Assembly: GCA_014381465.1 (NCBI GenBank)
Contig: JACNLP010000042.1
Coordinates: 40-64,039 of the forward strand
Length of the DNA stretch: 64,000 nt
DNA from: Flavobacteriales bacterium
GTDB lineage: Bacteria > Bacteroidota > Bacteroidia > Flavobacteriales > BACL11
Reading direction: 5' to 3'
Shown here: positions 37,543-47,827 of the stretch, one piece after another
Position numbering within the stretch: the first letter of the stretch is position 1
Layout: each line of letters begins with the position of its first letter
Notes under the pieces: generated by a model
Seen by the model: the letters and a program-made list of their open reading frames with translations, nothing else
Database searches by the model: none
Told to the model about the DNA's origin: nothing
Translations under genes and position numbers: made by a program

Positions 37543-38223
37543 TTATTTATTTCTCAAAATATCAGGTCTTCTGTTTTGAGTTCTAATTTCTGTTTGATTT
37601 TCTCGCCATTTTTCAATTTTTTTATCATCTCCTGAAAGTAAAATTTCGGGCACTTTCCATCCTTTGTAATTTGATGGACGAGTATAAATTGGGGGAGATA
37701 ATAAATTATCTTGAAAGCAATCGGTAAGAGCAGAGGTTTCATCTGAAAGCACACCAGGAATAAGCCGAATAATTGCATCTGTAAGAACGATTGCACCTAA
37801 CTCTCCACCAGTTAATACATAGTCGCCTATGCTTATTTCCCTTGTAATAAAATGATCTCTTATTCTTTGGTCAATACCTTTGTAATGTCCGCAAAGCAGA
37901 ATGATGTTTTTTAAAGTGGAAAGTTGATTGCAGATTCCTTGATTGAGAGCTTCTCCATCAGGAGTAAGGTAAATAACCTCATCATAATCTCTTTCGCTTT
38001 TTAATTTACTAATCAAATCATCAATGGGCTGAATAGTCATTACCATTCCAGCTCCGCCTCCATATTGGTAATCATCTACACTTTTTTGTTTCTGTGTGGA
38101 GTATTTTCTAATATCGTGAATATGAATTTCTGCAATATTTTTTTCTTGTGCAATTTTTAAAATAGAATGCTCAAAAGCACCATTAAAAAAATTGGGCAAT
38201 ATGCTTAGTATGTCAATTCTCAT
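37543..38223 (-). CDS. trmD: tRNA (guanine37-N1)-methyltransferase
   Basis: [45 protein letters not shown]. Confidence 0.95.
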   Translation of the reverse strand: MRIDILSILPNFFNGAFEHSILKIAQEKNIAEIHIHDIRKYSTQKQKSVDDYQYGGGAGMVMTIQPIDDLISKLKSERDYDEVIYLTPDGEALNQGICNQLSTLKNIILLCGHYKGIDQRIRDHFITREISIGDYVLTGGELGAIVLTDAIIRLIPGVLSDETSALTDCFQDNLLSPPIYTRPSNYKGWKVPEILLSGDDKKIEKWRENQTEIRTQNRRPDILRNK

Positions 38224-38516
38224 TTTGCAAAACTACAAAAACAGAATTTCTTAATTTGGATTAATAATTCTTAATTTTTATACAAAATACATACATGACA
38301 GCTTGTCATAGAATGTTCATATATAGATTAAATTCAGCATAATAGGTGCTTTTAGGTAAAGATATAGAATAGGGTGTGTTTTTAAATAATATTTTTAGCT
38401 ATATTTTAAATACTTCAGAAAAATAGTAAAAAAGATATTTAAATTGTTGATAAAATATATTTTAATTTTAAAGAGAAACAATTAAAAAAAATACTTTTAC
38501 ACTTCTATTTATTACT

Positions 38517-39614
38517 ATGAAAAAACACATTAGTTTATTTATTTTTTGTTTGGGAATTTTCTCTTTTTGCTTTAGTCAAGATGTTGATTCTACATTGAAT
38601 AATAGCGAAATAAACTTTAGTGATTCTATAGCAAATTATAATCAGCAACAAAAACTTTTAAAATTATCTCGTGATGCTTATAATAATGGAATACAGTTTT
38701 TTGAGTTAAATAATTTTAAAGAAGCTATAAATAATTTTAATAAGGCAATTTCTGTGGATTCTTTTTTTATTGCTGCATATTTCAATAGAGGAATTAGTTT
38801 TTCTCAAATTTCAAATTACGATAAAGCTATTTCTGATTTTTCTACAACCCTTTTGCTAGATAGTACTCATATTTTATCTCTTTTTAAAAGAGCAGAGATT
38901 TATAGGAAAATTAATAAAGAGAATTTAGCTATAACAGATTACAAGCAGATTATTCAGCTAGATGAAAAAAACTATAAAGCATATTATGAGTTAGGTATTT
39001 TGTATTTTTTACAAAATAATACAGAGGGTGCAATCAAGCTGTATTCCCAATCGATTGATATAAAACCTACTGCAAATGCTTATAACGACAGGGCGAGCTG
39101 TTTTCGAAATCTGGAGCAATATGATAAAGCTATTTTAGATTACAATAATGCTATTTCACTAGATGACGCTTTAGCTTTTGTCTATAACAATTTGGCAGCA
39201 ATTTATCGGATAACAGACAATACTGAAAAGGCAATGAACAATTATAATATTGCAATTGCAAAGAATCCCGATTATGTTATTGCTTACAACAATAGAGGTA
39301 GATTATATTTTGAGAAAGAAAATTTTTCTGCTGCTGCAACTGATTTTGATAAAGCAATATCACTAAATTCAGATTATGCCCCTTCTTATAACAACAGAGG
39401 AGTTCTTTACCATAAAAATAAAGAGTATGCTTCTGCTATTGCTGATTTTGATAAGGCCATTTCCTTAGATAGTAATTACGCAAAAGCATATTTGAATAGA
39501 GGGATTTCAAAACAAATGCAAAGAGATGAAGCTGGAGCTTGTGCCGATTGGGAAAAAGCATCAGGATTGGGTATTAAACTCGCTAAAAAATATTTGATAA
39601 ATGATTGTTACTAG
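38517..39614 (+). CDS. TPR-repeat protein (secreted)
   Basis: Signal peptide; about 9 consecutive TPR units (AY.NRG......Y..AI.D..KAI.LD). Confidence 0.75.
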   Translation: MKKHISLFIFCLGIFSFCFSQDVDSTLNNSEINFSDSIANYNQQQKLLKLSRDAYNNGIQFFELNNFKEAINNFNKAISVDSFFIAAYFNRGISFSQISNYDKAISDFSTTLLLDSTHILSLFKRAEIYRKINKENLAITDYKQIIQLDEKNYKAYYELGILYFLQNNTEGAIKLYSQSIDIKPTANAYNDRASCFRNLEQYDKAILDYNNAISLDDALAFVYNNLAAIYRITDNTEKAMNNYNIAIAKNPDYVIAYNNRGRLYFEKENFSAAATDFDKAISLNSDYAPSYNNRGVLYHKNKEYASAIADFDKAISLDSNYAKAYLNRGISKQMQRDEAGACADWEKASGLGIKLAKKYLINDCY

Positions 39615-41706
39615 ATATAAAATTATAAGAATAATTTTACTGATATTATTTTCAGCAAAACAGATGTTTGCTCAAAATATCGATTTCAAAGCATCTAATT
39701 TTAAAGCGGATAAACAGGGGCTAAAACAAGCAGTAAAAAGTATCAAATTAGGAGATGAATACTTGGAAAAAGGAAATGAGGCAATTTTGGAGAGAATGGA
39801 TGCGGTTGCACTTTTTGAAAATGCTCTTTTTTATTATTTGCAAGCAGATGAGTTCAATCCTGATAATTTGGAACTTAATCTGAAAATTGGAAATGCTTAC
39901 CTTTATACCAATCAGAAATATCTAGCATTTCAATTTTTACAAACAGCTATAGATATGGATGCTAGTGAGCAAGATGCTACACCAAATATTCATTTTTATT
40001 ATGCAATGGGATTACAATTAGAGGGTATGTATGAAGATGCGATTTCTCAGTTTAGAATTTTTAAAAAAAGACAATCTGAAAAACGATTCAAACCACTTGC
40101 TGATTTTTACAAGAAATACATTCAAGAGTGTGAAAGTGCAATGGAATTGATAGAGAAACCTCAAAAAGTTTGGATAGATAATATTGCAATTAACTCTAAA
40201 AATGATGATTGGAGTCCTTGCCTTAGTGCAGATGGGGAACTTTTAATTTTTACTTCCAACAGAGAAAATGAACATTTGGCTGATGATTTTGGAAAATATG
40301 ATAATGAGATTTATTTCTCAACTCTTGAAAAAAGAAAATGGACTGCAATTGAACCAATTACTACTTTAAATACAAATGAAGATGATGTTTCTGGTGGACT
40401 TTCCTATGATGGGCAAAGGCTGTTAATTCATAAAGTAGAAAACGAAAATGCAGATATTTTTGAATCCAAATTAAATGGTACAAAATGGGAAGTAGCGAAA
40501 AGAAAAATGGGTAAAGAGGGGAATTCTGTAAATACAATAGATAATGAGACAGTTGCTTCTTATGACCCTAAGGATATTAAGGTTTATTATTTAACTGATG
40601 GAGGGTATAGCAAAAATTGGGATATTATGTTTTCAGGAGTGATGAACAGGGAAAGAAAAATCTGGGGAAAAGGGCAATCTGCTGGACATGAGGTGAATAC
40701 AAAGTACCATGAGGGGTCGGTTTATTTGCACCCAGATGGAAAGACCATGTATTTTTCTTCACAAGGACATAACTCTATGGGAGGGTATGATATTTTTGTT
40801 TCTTATATTGATGATTTGGGGCACTGGGGACCAGCTCAAAACTTGGGTTCACCTATCAATACTCCTTTTGATGATTTGTTTTATTCATCTACAGCAAGTG
40901 GGAAAGTTGCTTATATCGCATCCAATAGAAAAGGTGGAAAGGGAGGTTTGGATATTTACAAAGTTACTTATTGGGGGAGTGAGAAACCACAATCCTTAGA
41001 TTCTGAAGAACAACTTATAGCAAGTATTGCAAATCCTATAAAAGATAAATCTATTGCTCAGCCAATTATGATAGAAGAAAGAAATCTAACCGTTTTTAAA
41101 GGAAAGGTTTTAGATATGATTACAAAAGATGCGATTGCTGCCAATATTACAATAATGGATAATTCTAATGGGAAAGAATATATTCGTTTAAACTCAAATT
41201 CATCAAGTGGTAAGTTTCTTATTTCCTTACCTTCAGGAAAAAATTATGGCATTGCCGTAAGTGCAGAGGGTTATCTTTTTCATTCTGAGAATTTTGATAT
41301 ACCAAAAGGGGAGGCCTATAATTTGGTTGAAAAAAATATAGAACTAATGTATATTGATATTGGAAGTAAAATTGCACTCCGCAATGTGTTTTTTGATTTG
41401 GGAAAAGCTATTGTGAAGAAAGATTCTTATTCTGAATTGGATAGATTGGTTGATTTAATGAAGAAATTACCAAATCTAAAAGTAGAACTTTCAGGACATA
41501 CAGATAATACTGGATCAGAAGTACTCAACAATAGATTATCTCAAAAAAGAGCAGAAGCAGTAGTAGAATATCTTATTGCTAAAGGGATAGATAAAGAAAA
41601 ACTCACTGCAAAAGGATATGGATCGGCTACCCCAATTGACAGTAATGAAACCTTAGAAGGCAGGAAGAGAAATAGAAGAACAGAATTTGAAATTACTGGA
41701 AACTAA
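39601..41706 (+). CDS. TPR + PD40/TolB-like + OmpA-domain outer-membrane protein (paralogue of 35146..37065)
   Basis: DDWSPCLSADGELLIFTSNR, HEGSVYLHPDGKTMYFSS. OmpA C-terminus SGHTDNTGSEVLNNRLSQKRAEAV...NRRTEFEI. Confidence 0.8.
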   Translation: MIVTRYKIIRIILLILFSAKQMFAQNIDFKASNFKADKQGLKQAVKSIKLGDEYLEKGNEAILERMDAVALFENALFYYLQADEFNPDNLELNLKIGNAYLYTNQKYLAFQFLQTAIDMDASEQDATPNIHFYYAMGLQLEGMYEDAISQFRIFKKRQSEKRFKPLADFYKKYIQECESAMELIEKPQKVWIDNIAINSKNDDWSPCLSADGELLIFTSNRENEHLADDFGKYDNEIYFSTLEKRKWTAIEPITTLNTNEDDVSGGLSYDGQRLLIHKVENENADIFESKLNGTKWEVAKRKMGKEGNSVNTIDNETVASYDPKDIKVYYLTDGGYSKNWDIMFSGVMNRERKIWGKGQSAGHEVNTKYHEGSVYLHPDGKTMYFSSQGHNSMGGYDIFVSYIDDLGHWGPAQNLGSPINTPFDDLFYSSTASGKVAYIASNRKGGKGGLDIYKVTYWGSEKPQSLDSEEQLIASIANPIKDKSIAQPIMIEERNLTVFKGKVLDMITKDAIAANITIMDNSNGKEYIRLNSNSSSGKFLISLPSGKNYGIAVSAEGYLFHSENFDIPKGEAYNLVEKNIELMYIDIGSKIALRNVFFDLGKAIVKKDSYSELDRLVDLMKKLPNLKVELSGHTDNTGSEVLNNRLSQKRAEAVVEYLIAKGIDKEKLTAKGYGSATPIDSNETLEGRKRNRRTEFEITGN

Positions 41707-42515
41707 GGAAGAACAACCTTCTTTGTAATCGTTTTTCCATTTCTACTATCTTGCATATTTATCATGTAAATACCAGCAGATAGGAAATCAACATTTAAAA
41801 TTGTTGGCAACAAAATTTCATTTTCATTTAAAACTAGCTTTCCTGAAGCATCAAACATTTTAATTGATTTTATAGCAGCTTCATAAGTAGAGTTAATCAT
41901 AATATTATTTGAAGTAGGATTTACAAATACTGTAATATTATTCTGTTTTTCACTTACTGATGATGTAGCTTCAAAAAAAGAACGAGATGTAGTATAAATT
42001 TCATCTCCATTGTTGTTATTGTTCGCATTAGCTGCCACAGCAGCTACATAAAAAACAACTCCTCCATTTGCATTTGTAGGAGCAATCCAATCCATAGTCC
42101 ATATTTTCATATTTGTACCATTTATACCATTCATTGTATGTGTGATACTTGTGCTATTATTTGCAAATTGAGTATTAGTTTGATCGGTAAGCATAAATGT
42201 ACCTGCTTTAGCCATTGAAAAAGATCCTTCTTCACAAGTAATTTCAAACCCAAATCTATTTATATTTGATTGAGAAAGCTGTACAGTAATGGAATATTGT
42301 TGTCCTGCATTATAGCCTTGAGTAGGGATGTTTGTCATAACAGAAAGCATTCCATTTCCTGAATTTACAGTTGCGTTATGGCATGCAGTACAATTGTTCC
42401 CATCAATAGGAGAACCTGTTTTTGCTCCTGGAGAGCCTGCCATATTGCTAAATAAAGTAGGGGTTAAAAGCAAAAATATTACAATTGCAGATAAGAAGTG
42501 AATTGATTTTTTCAT
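41703..42515 (-). CDS. secreted protein with CXXCH motif and canonical T9SS type-A C-terminal domain
   Basis: Signal peptide; GSPGAKTGSPIDGNNCTACHN. C-terminus IKMFDASGKLV...LSAGIYMINMQDSRNGKTITKKVVLP. Confidence 0.65.
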   Translation of the reverse strand: MKKSIHFLSAIVIFLLLTPTLFSNMAGSPGAKTGSPIDGNNCTACHNATVNSGNGMLSVMTNIPTQGYNAGQQYSITVQLSQSNINRFGFEITCEEGSFSMAKAGTFMLTDQTNTQFANNSTSITHTMNGINGTNMKIWTMDWIAPTNANGGVVFYVAAVAANANNNNNGDEIYTTSRSFFEATSSVSEKQNNITVFVNPTSNNIMINSTYEAAIKSIKMFDASGKLVLNENEILLPTILNVDFLSAGIYMINMQDSRNGKTITKKVVLP

Positions 42516-42649
42516 TAGTTTTAGTTTTCGACAAAGTTAAATAAATATCTTATATATTTAATAAAAGAGCTAATAGCTTAGAGATGAGTTCTAATAATAG
42601 ACTTATTTATATTGTATCAAATTTCTTTATCCTGGGAGAATATAAATTG

Positions 42650-42988
42650 CTACCCTCCAACTCTTTTGTAGTTATATCCTTCTTTTTCTAGTATTTCCAT
42701 TACTTTATCTCTTACATTTCCTTGAATGATTATTTCACCATTCTTGGCGCTTCCACCTACACCGCATTTGGTTTTGAGCATTTTTCCTAGAGATTTTAAA
42801 TCATCAGTAGTGCCAATAAAATCTTTAATAATTACAGCAACTTTCCCTGCTCTATGTTTGTCAATACAAACTTTAAGATTTTGCTGATTATTTGTTAAGG
42901 TTTCCATTTCATCATTTTCATACTCAAATTCAAAATCAGGATTGGTTGAGTACATTACTCCCTTTCTGTTTTTCTTATTTTTCCCCAT
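42650..42988 (-). CDS. translation initiation factor SUI1/YciH family
   Basis: RAGKVAVIIKDF...LKTKCGVGGSAKNGEIIIQGNVRDKV. Confidence 0.85.
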   Translation of the reverse strand: MGKNKKNRKGVMYSTNPDFEFEYENDEMETLTNNQQNLKVCIDKHRAGKVAVIIKDFIGTTDDLKSLGKMLKTKCGVGGSAKNGEIIIQGNVRDKVMEILEKEGYNYKRVGG

Positions 42989-43841
42989 TTGGTATAAATA
43001 TTTTTAAAGATTTTGGTATTGATTTTATTTCTAGTGTTGTGCTAACTTCTGTTGGTTCCCCATCCAAATGAATTAGTTTTTCTTGGCTGGTAATTATCAT
43101 TTTATCAGTTTGAATTATACGAACAAATTTAGATAGATGTATTTTCCCTTTTGCAACAGTAAATAATAATTGAGGGATTTTCCACTTTGGTAACTCTTTT
43201 ACAATCACAAAGTCAATTAACCCATCATTGGTTTCTGCTTTTGGTGAAATACAAAAGTCATTTCCATATTGACTAGCATTTGCAAAAGCAATCAGATTTG
43301 CTGTTACTTTCTTACTCTTTCCGTTATAGTTTAAATGATATTCTTTTGCTTGGTATGTAAATACTTCATTTTTAATTAGCTTCAGATAGTTCAGAAATCC
43401 TCTTTCTTTTAAATTGGAAAATAAATGAGCTATATGAGCATCAAAGCCAATACCAGAAACATTAACAAAAGGCAATCCATTTGCCGTGCAACTATCAATT
43501 GTTTTAATACTAGCGTTTTTAAGTTGAATAATGGCCTTTTCAACATTGCTACTCATCCCATTATGAAAAGCAAAACCATTGCCTGAACCACAAGGAATTA
43601 CGCCCAAAGCAGTATTGCTGCCAATGAGTGCCTTTGCACATTCATTTACCGTACCATCACCGCCTACTGCAATTACTGCATCAAACTTTTGTTCCACAGC
43701 TTCTTTGCTTAGTGCAGTTGCTTCTCTTGCTTTTTGGGTGCGGACAATATCATAATTATTGAAATGCATAGCAATGTATTGTTCAATGCCTTTTTGCTTT
43801 CCTGTTCCTGATATCGGGTTGATGATAAACCTAATCTTCAT
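42975..43841 (-). CDS. diacylglycerol-kinase-family lipid kinase (YegS/BmrU type)
   Basis: IINPISGTGK, AVGGDGTVNE, IPCGSGNGFA. Confidence 0.85.
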   Translation of the reverse strand: MKIRFIINPISGTGKQKGIEQYIAMHFNNYDIVRTQKAREATALSKEAVEQKFDAVIAVGGDGTVNECAKALIGSNTALGVIPCGSGNGFAFHNGMSSNVEKAIIQLKNASIKTIDSCTANGLPFVNVSGIGFDAHIAHLFSNLKERGFLNYLKLIKNEVFTYQAKEYHLNYNGKSKKVTANLIAFANASQYGNDFCISPKAETNDGLIDFVIVKELPKWKIPQLLFTVAKGKIHLSKFVRIIQTDKMIITSQEKLIHLDGEPTEVSTTLEIKSIPKSLKIFIPNGEK

Positions 43842-45669
43842 CTGCTATGTTATTGGTTATCATTCTATAGTTATAGTCTTGTTTTATAGCTTTTAGCAAT
43901 AAAATATCTTTTTCTTTTACTGCTGTTTTTTTAGTAAAGTTCCAGTCCTGAAAAGCAGTGTATTCCTCACTTTTGTTGGTTAAAATTCCGTTTGGGGTAA
44001 TCAATCTGTATTGATTGTATAGTTTGCTGATAGCCCATTGTTCGCTACCAAGCATTGATTTGCCAAATGCTAAATAAGGCTTGTTGTAGCCAATAATCTC
44101 TAGAATAGTAGGCATAATATCTATTTGTTGCACAATATTATTATTTATTCCTTGTAGGCTGCTATCACCTTTAAATATAATTAAAGGAATGGAGTATCTG
44201 CCTATTTTATTTTTGTACTTTCTGAAGAAATTAACACCTGAGGTATGATCGGCTGTAATGACAAAAATAGTATTTTTGAACCATTCTTGTTTTTGTGCTT
44301 CATCAAAAAAAGTACGCATAGCATAATCAGTGTATTTTATGGTCTCCCTTATTCCTACATCTTTATTATCTTCTTGCACATAATGATTAGGCAATCTGTA
44401 AGGAGGGTGAGAAGATAGAGAGAAGAAGGTGCTGAAAAAAGGTTGTTGTTCTGTATTCAATTTAGCATTGAAAAAACGAAAAAATGGTGCATCATAAATT
44501 CCCCAACTACCATCAAAATCAGCATCATTATTGTATTCTTCCATGCCATAATAGCGGTTGAATCCCGCTTTTCTGCTGTAACTATAGAAGCCCATAGTAC
44601 CCCTTAATCCTCCATGAAAAAAAGAAGTACTGTATTGCTCATTATTCAATAGTGTTGCTAAACTTTCAAATTTATTTTGTGCGTATGTAGAGGTAATAAA
44701 AGGATTATTCATCAATGTAGGAATGGAAGCAGTAATAGCAGGTAGTGCTTCTATTGATTTTAACCCATTGGCAAAAGCACGATCAAAGACCAAACTAAAT
44801 TGCATTAAACTATCTAAAAAAGGAGTGTAGCCTTCACCTTGATTGTATCCACCAACAAACTCTTTAGAATAACTCTCCATAATGAGGATAATGATGTTGT
44901 ATTTTTCTGTTATTGCTTGCTTATTGTGGTGTATAGGGGAGTATGTGTTCTTAAGTTCTTGCTCGTTAAGATAATTATGTACAATTAATTGTTGCTTGTC
45001 GTACGAATGCAATATACAAAAAGGAGTATTGAGTATCAAACTACTGTTTTCTGAACCAAATAATTCCCCAGCATTTATAGCATTTATGGGTTTGAGTTGT
45101 GTGCCCCCTCTTGCACCTAGTATAACAAAACTACTTCCCAATACGAACATCAGTAGGGATAAAAGTATCGGGATTAATTTAGCAGTTATCCTAAAATTAG
45201 GTAACTTTTTTATTTTGAGCAATAGCCAGACCTGAATCAGTGTAAGCAATGTAATTGGCCAATAATCAAGAATATATTGTGGAATGATATTTTGCGCATC
45301 TTTTCCTAGTTGTAGCAAATCAAAAAAGTCAGTTGTGCTTCTTTTTTGGGTAAATTTAAAATATTCAATATCTACATTGTTGAGCATTATAAATGGAATA
45401 TTTAATCCATAAAATATAATATTGGCACACCTTTTGTAATGTTTGTTTGTTCTGAAATTATGAGGAATCAGAATAAGTAAGAATAACGGAATATTGATGT
45501 ATACAAGAGCAGAAATATCAAATCGTAATCCTTCAAGAAAATTCAGTGGATGTACATTATTAAAACTAATCATATTATTCCAATAAAAGAATAATCTACT
45601 GCTAGAATAAATAATCAATAAATAGAAGATTCTTTTAAAATAAGTGCTTAAATAAACTGCTGATTTCAT
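43831..45669 (-). CDS. LTA-synthase/phosphoglycerol-transferase-like membrane sulfatase-superfamily enzyme
   Basis: N-terminal TM helices. Extracytoplasmic domain with IILIMESYS, FFHGG, ITADHTS. Confidence 0.8.
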   Translation of the reverse strand: MKSAVYLSTYFKRIFYLLIIYSSSRLFFYWNNMISFNNVHPLNFLEGLRFDISALVYINIPLFLLILIPHNFRTNKHYKRCANIIFYGLNIPFIMLNNVDIEYFKFTQKRSTTDFFDLLQLGKDAQNIIPQYILDYWPITLLTLIQVWLLLKIKKLPNFRITAKLIPILLSLLMFVLGSSFVILGARGGTQLKPINAINAGELFGSENSSLILNTPFCILHSYDKQQLIVHNYLNEQELKNTYSPIHHNKQAITEKYNIIILIMESYSKEFVGGYNQGEGYTPFLDSLMQFSLVFDRAFANGLKSIEALPAITASIPTLMNNPFITSTYAQNKFESLATLLNNEQYSTSFFHGGLRGTMGFYSYSRKAGFNRYYGMEEYNNDADFDGSWGIYDAPFFRFFNAKLNTEQQPFFSTFFSLSSHPPYRLPNHYVQEDNKDVGIRETIKYTDYAMRTFFDEAQKQEWFKNTIFVITADHTSGVNFFRKYKNKIGRYSIPLIIFKGDSSLQGINNNIVQQIDIMPTILEIIGYNKPYLAFGKSMLGSEQWAISKLYNQYRLITPNGILTNKSEEYTAFQDWNFTKKTAVKEKDILLLKAIKQDYNYRMITNNIADED

Positions 45670-45789
45670 CTAACTACACCCACAATTTTTATCTCCACAA
45701 TTAGGGTCCTTTTTTCTGAATTTCTTGTACAGAAAATAAACAGCTGCTCCCAAAATTAACCCTACAAAAAAATCTTGCCAATTCATCAT
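45670..45789 (-). CDS. 39-aa FeoB-associated-type Cys-rich small membrane protein (below ORF-track cutoff)
   Basis: Manual translation: MMNWQDFFVGLILGAAVYFLYKKFRKKDPNCGDKNCGCS (one TM helix, basic patch, CxxxxCxC tail). Its TAG directly abuts the ATG of the downstream gene. Confidence 0.55.
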   Translation of the reverse strand: MMNWQDFFVGLILGAAVYFLYKKFRKKDPNCGDKNCGCS

Positions 45790-45822
45790 TTAAATTTTTA
45801 ACAAAGTAAAGAAAATATTAAG

Positions 45823-45830
45823 TAGTTTTG
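45823..45830 (+). promoter_or_regulatory. candidate -7 promoter box (TAnnTTTG) for the BCKDH E1 gene
   Basis: TAGTTTTG lies 21 nt upstream of ATG 45851. Confidence 0.35.
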
Positions 45831-45850
45831 GCACCAAATTAAAATGAAAG

Positions 45851-47827
45851 ATGCAATTTAATAGAAAATCTTTTTCAGATACTGAATTAATTGAATTGTA
45901 TAAATCAATAATAAAGCCAAGATTAGTTGAGGAGAAGATGATGATTCTCCTTAGGCAAGGTAAAATTTCTAAATGGTTTTCAGGGATAGGGCAAGAAGCA
46001 ATTTCAGTTGGAGTAACATCTGCACTGGATTTAGATGAATACATCTTGCCAATGCACAGGAATTTAGGTGTTTTTACTACTAAAAATGTGCCATTAAGCC
46101 GTTTGTTTTCTCAATTTCAAGGAAAAGCAAATGGCTTTACTAAAGGTAGAGATCGTTCTTTTCATTTTGGAACAAAAGAACATCATATTGTAGGAATGAT
46201 TTCTCATTTAGGACCTCAGCTAGGAGTTGCTGATGGAATTGCATTAGCTAATAAATTAAAAGATAATAAGAAAACTACAGCTGTTTTTACTGGTGATGGG
46301 GGTGCTAGTGAAGGTGATTTTCATGAAGCGTTAAATGTTGCGGCTGTATGGGATTTACCAGTAATTTTTGTTATTGAAAATAATGGCTATGGTCTTTCAA
46401 CACCAAGTTCTGAGCAATTTAGATGTAAGCAGTTTGCTGATAAAGGAATTGGTTATGGGATGGATGCTTATACGATTGATGGAAATAATATCTTGGAAGT
46501 TTATTCAGCTGTTAAGGATTTGAAAAAACAAATTGCTGAAACTCCAAAACCTATTATTTTGGAATGTATGAGTTTTAGGATGAGAGGGCATGAAGAGGCT
46601 TCAGGAACAAAATATGTACCAAAAGAGTTGATGGATTTGTGGGCTAAAAAAGATCCTGTTGAGAATTATGAAAACTTTTTGATACAAGAAAAATTAATTT
46701 CTCAAGAAGAAATTGATGTGCTAAAAAAAGAAATAAAAGCTGAAATAAATGCAGCTTGGGCTACTGCTGATAATGAACCTAGAATTGCATCAACTCCTGA
46801 AAAAGAAATTGCTGATATTTATAAAGATTTTAACCCTGAAATTATCAGTCCTTCAAAAAATAAAACTGAAAAAAGATTGATTGATGCCGTTTCTGATGGT
46901 TTAAGGCAGTCAATGCAAAAGCATGATAATCTGATTGTCATGGGGCAAGATATTGCTGATTATGGGGGTGTTTTTAAAATTACAGATGGGTTTATGAATG
47001 AGTTTGGAAAAGAACGAGTTCGTAATACTCCAATTTGTGAATCTGCAATTGTTAGTGCTGCACTTGGCTTGTCAATTAATGGATATAAGGCAGTAATGGA
47101 AATGCAATTTGCTGATTTTGTAACTTCAGGTTTTAATCCGATTATTAATAACTTGGCTAAAACCCATTACAGGTGGGGGGAGAATGCTGATGTAGTTGTC
47201 CGAATGCCAACTGGTGCCGGAGTTGGTGCTGGTCCATTTCACTCTCAATCCAATGAAGCTTGGTTTACGCATACTCCAGGTTTAAAAGTAGTTTATCCAG
47301 CATTTCCTGAGGATGCAAAAGGCTTATTAAATGCATCAATAAACGATCCAAATCCTGTAATGTATTTTGAGCATAAGGCACTCTACAGAAGTTTAAGCGG
47401 GAATGTTTGTGAGGATTATTTTACTACTGAAATAGGTAGGGCTAACCTTTTAAAAGACGGGAGTGATGTAAGTATTATTTCTTATGGAATGGGTGTGCAT
47501 TGGGCTTTGGAGGTGCTTAAAAATAATCCTGATATTTCTGCTGATTTAGTTGATTTAAGAACGCTTGTTCCTTTAGATAAAGAAATGGTTTTAAATTCTG
47601 TAAAAAAGACTGGAAAAGCAATTATATTGCATGAGGATTGTATGATTGGAGGATTTGGTGCAGATTTAGCTTCAATAATTTCTGATGAATGTTTTGAGTA
47701 TTTAGATGCTCCTGTAAGGCGCTCAGCATCAATGGATACGCCAGTTCCTTTTGCTTCAGATTTGGAAGATTCCTTCTTAGCGAAATCCCGTTTTGAATCA
47801 CAATTAAAAGAGCTTTTAGCGTACTAA
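45851..47827 (+). CDS. branched-chain 2-oxoacid dehydrogenase E1 component, fused alpha/beta subunits
   Basis: TPP motif GDGGASEGDFHEALNVAAVWDLPVIFVIENNGYG in the N-half. Beta-subunit half follows (GQDIADYGGVFKIT, RVRNTPICE). Confidence 0.9.
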   Translation: MQFNRKSFSDTELIELYKSIIKPRLVEEKMMILLRQGKISKWFSGIGQEAISVGVTSALDLDEYILPMHRNLGVFTTKNVPLSRLFSQFQGKANGFTKGRDRSFHFGTKEHHIVGMISHLGPQLGVADGIALANKLKDNKKTTAVFTGDGGASEGDFHEALNVAAVWDLPVIFVIENNGYGLSTPSSEQFRCKQFADKGIGYGMDAYTIDGNNILEVYSAVKDLKKQIAETPKPIILECMSFRMRGHEEASGTKYVPKELMDLWAKKDPVENYENFLIQEKLISQEEIDVLKKEIKAEINAAWATADNEPRIASTPEKEIADIYKDFNPEIISPSKNKTEKRLIDAVSDGLRQSMQKHDNLIVMGQDIADYGGVFKITDGFMNEFGKERVRNTPICESAIVSAALGLSINGYKAVMEMQFADFVTSGFNPIINNLAKTHYRWGENADVVVRMPTGAGVGAGPFHSQSNEAWFTHTPGLKVVYPAFPEDAKGLLNASINDPNPVMYFEHKALYRSLSGNVCEDYFTTEIGRANLLKDGSDVSIISYGMGVHWALEVLKNNPDISADLVDLRTLVPLDKEMVLNSVKKTGKAIILHEDCMIGGFGADLASIISDECFEYLDAPVRRSASMDTPVPFASDLEDSFLAKSRFESQLKELLAY

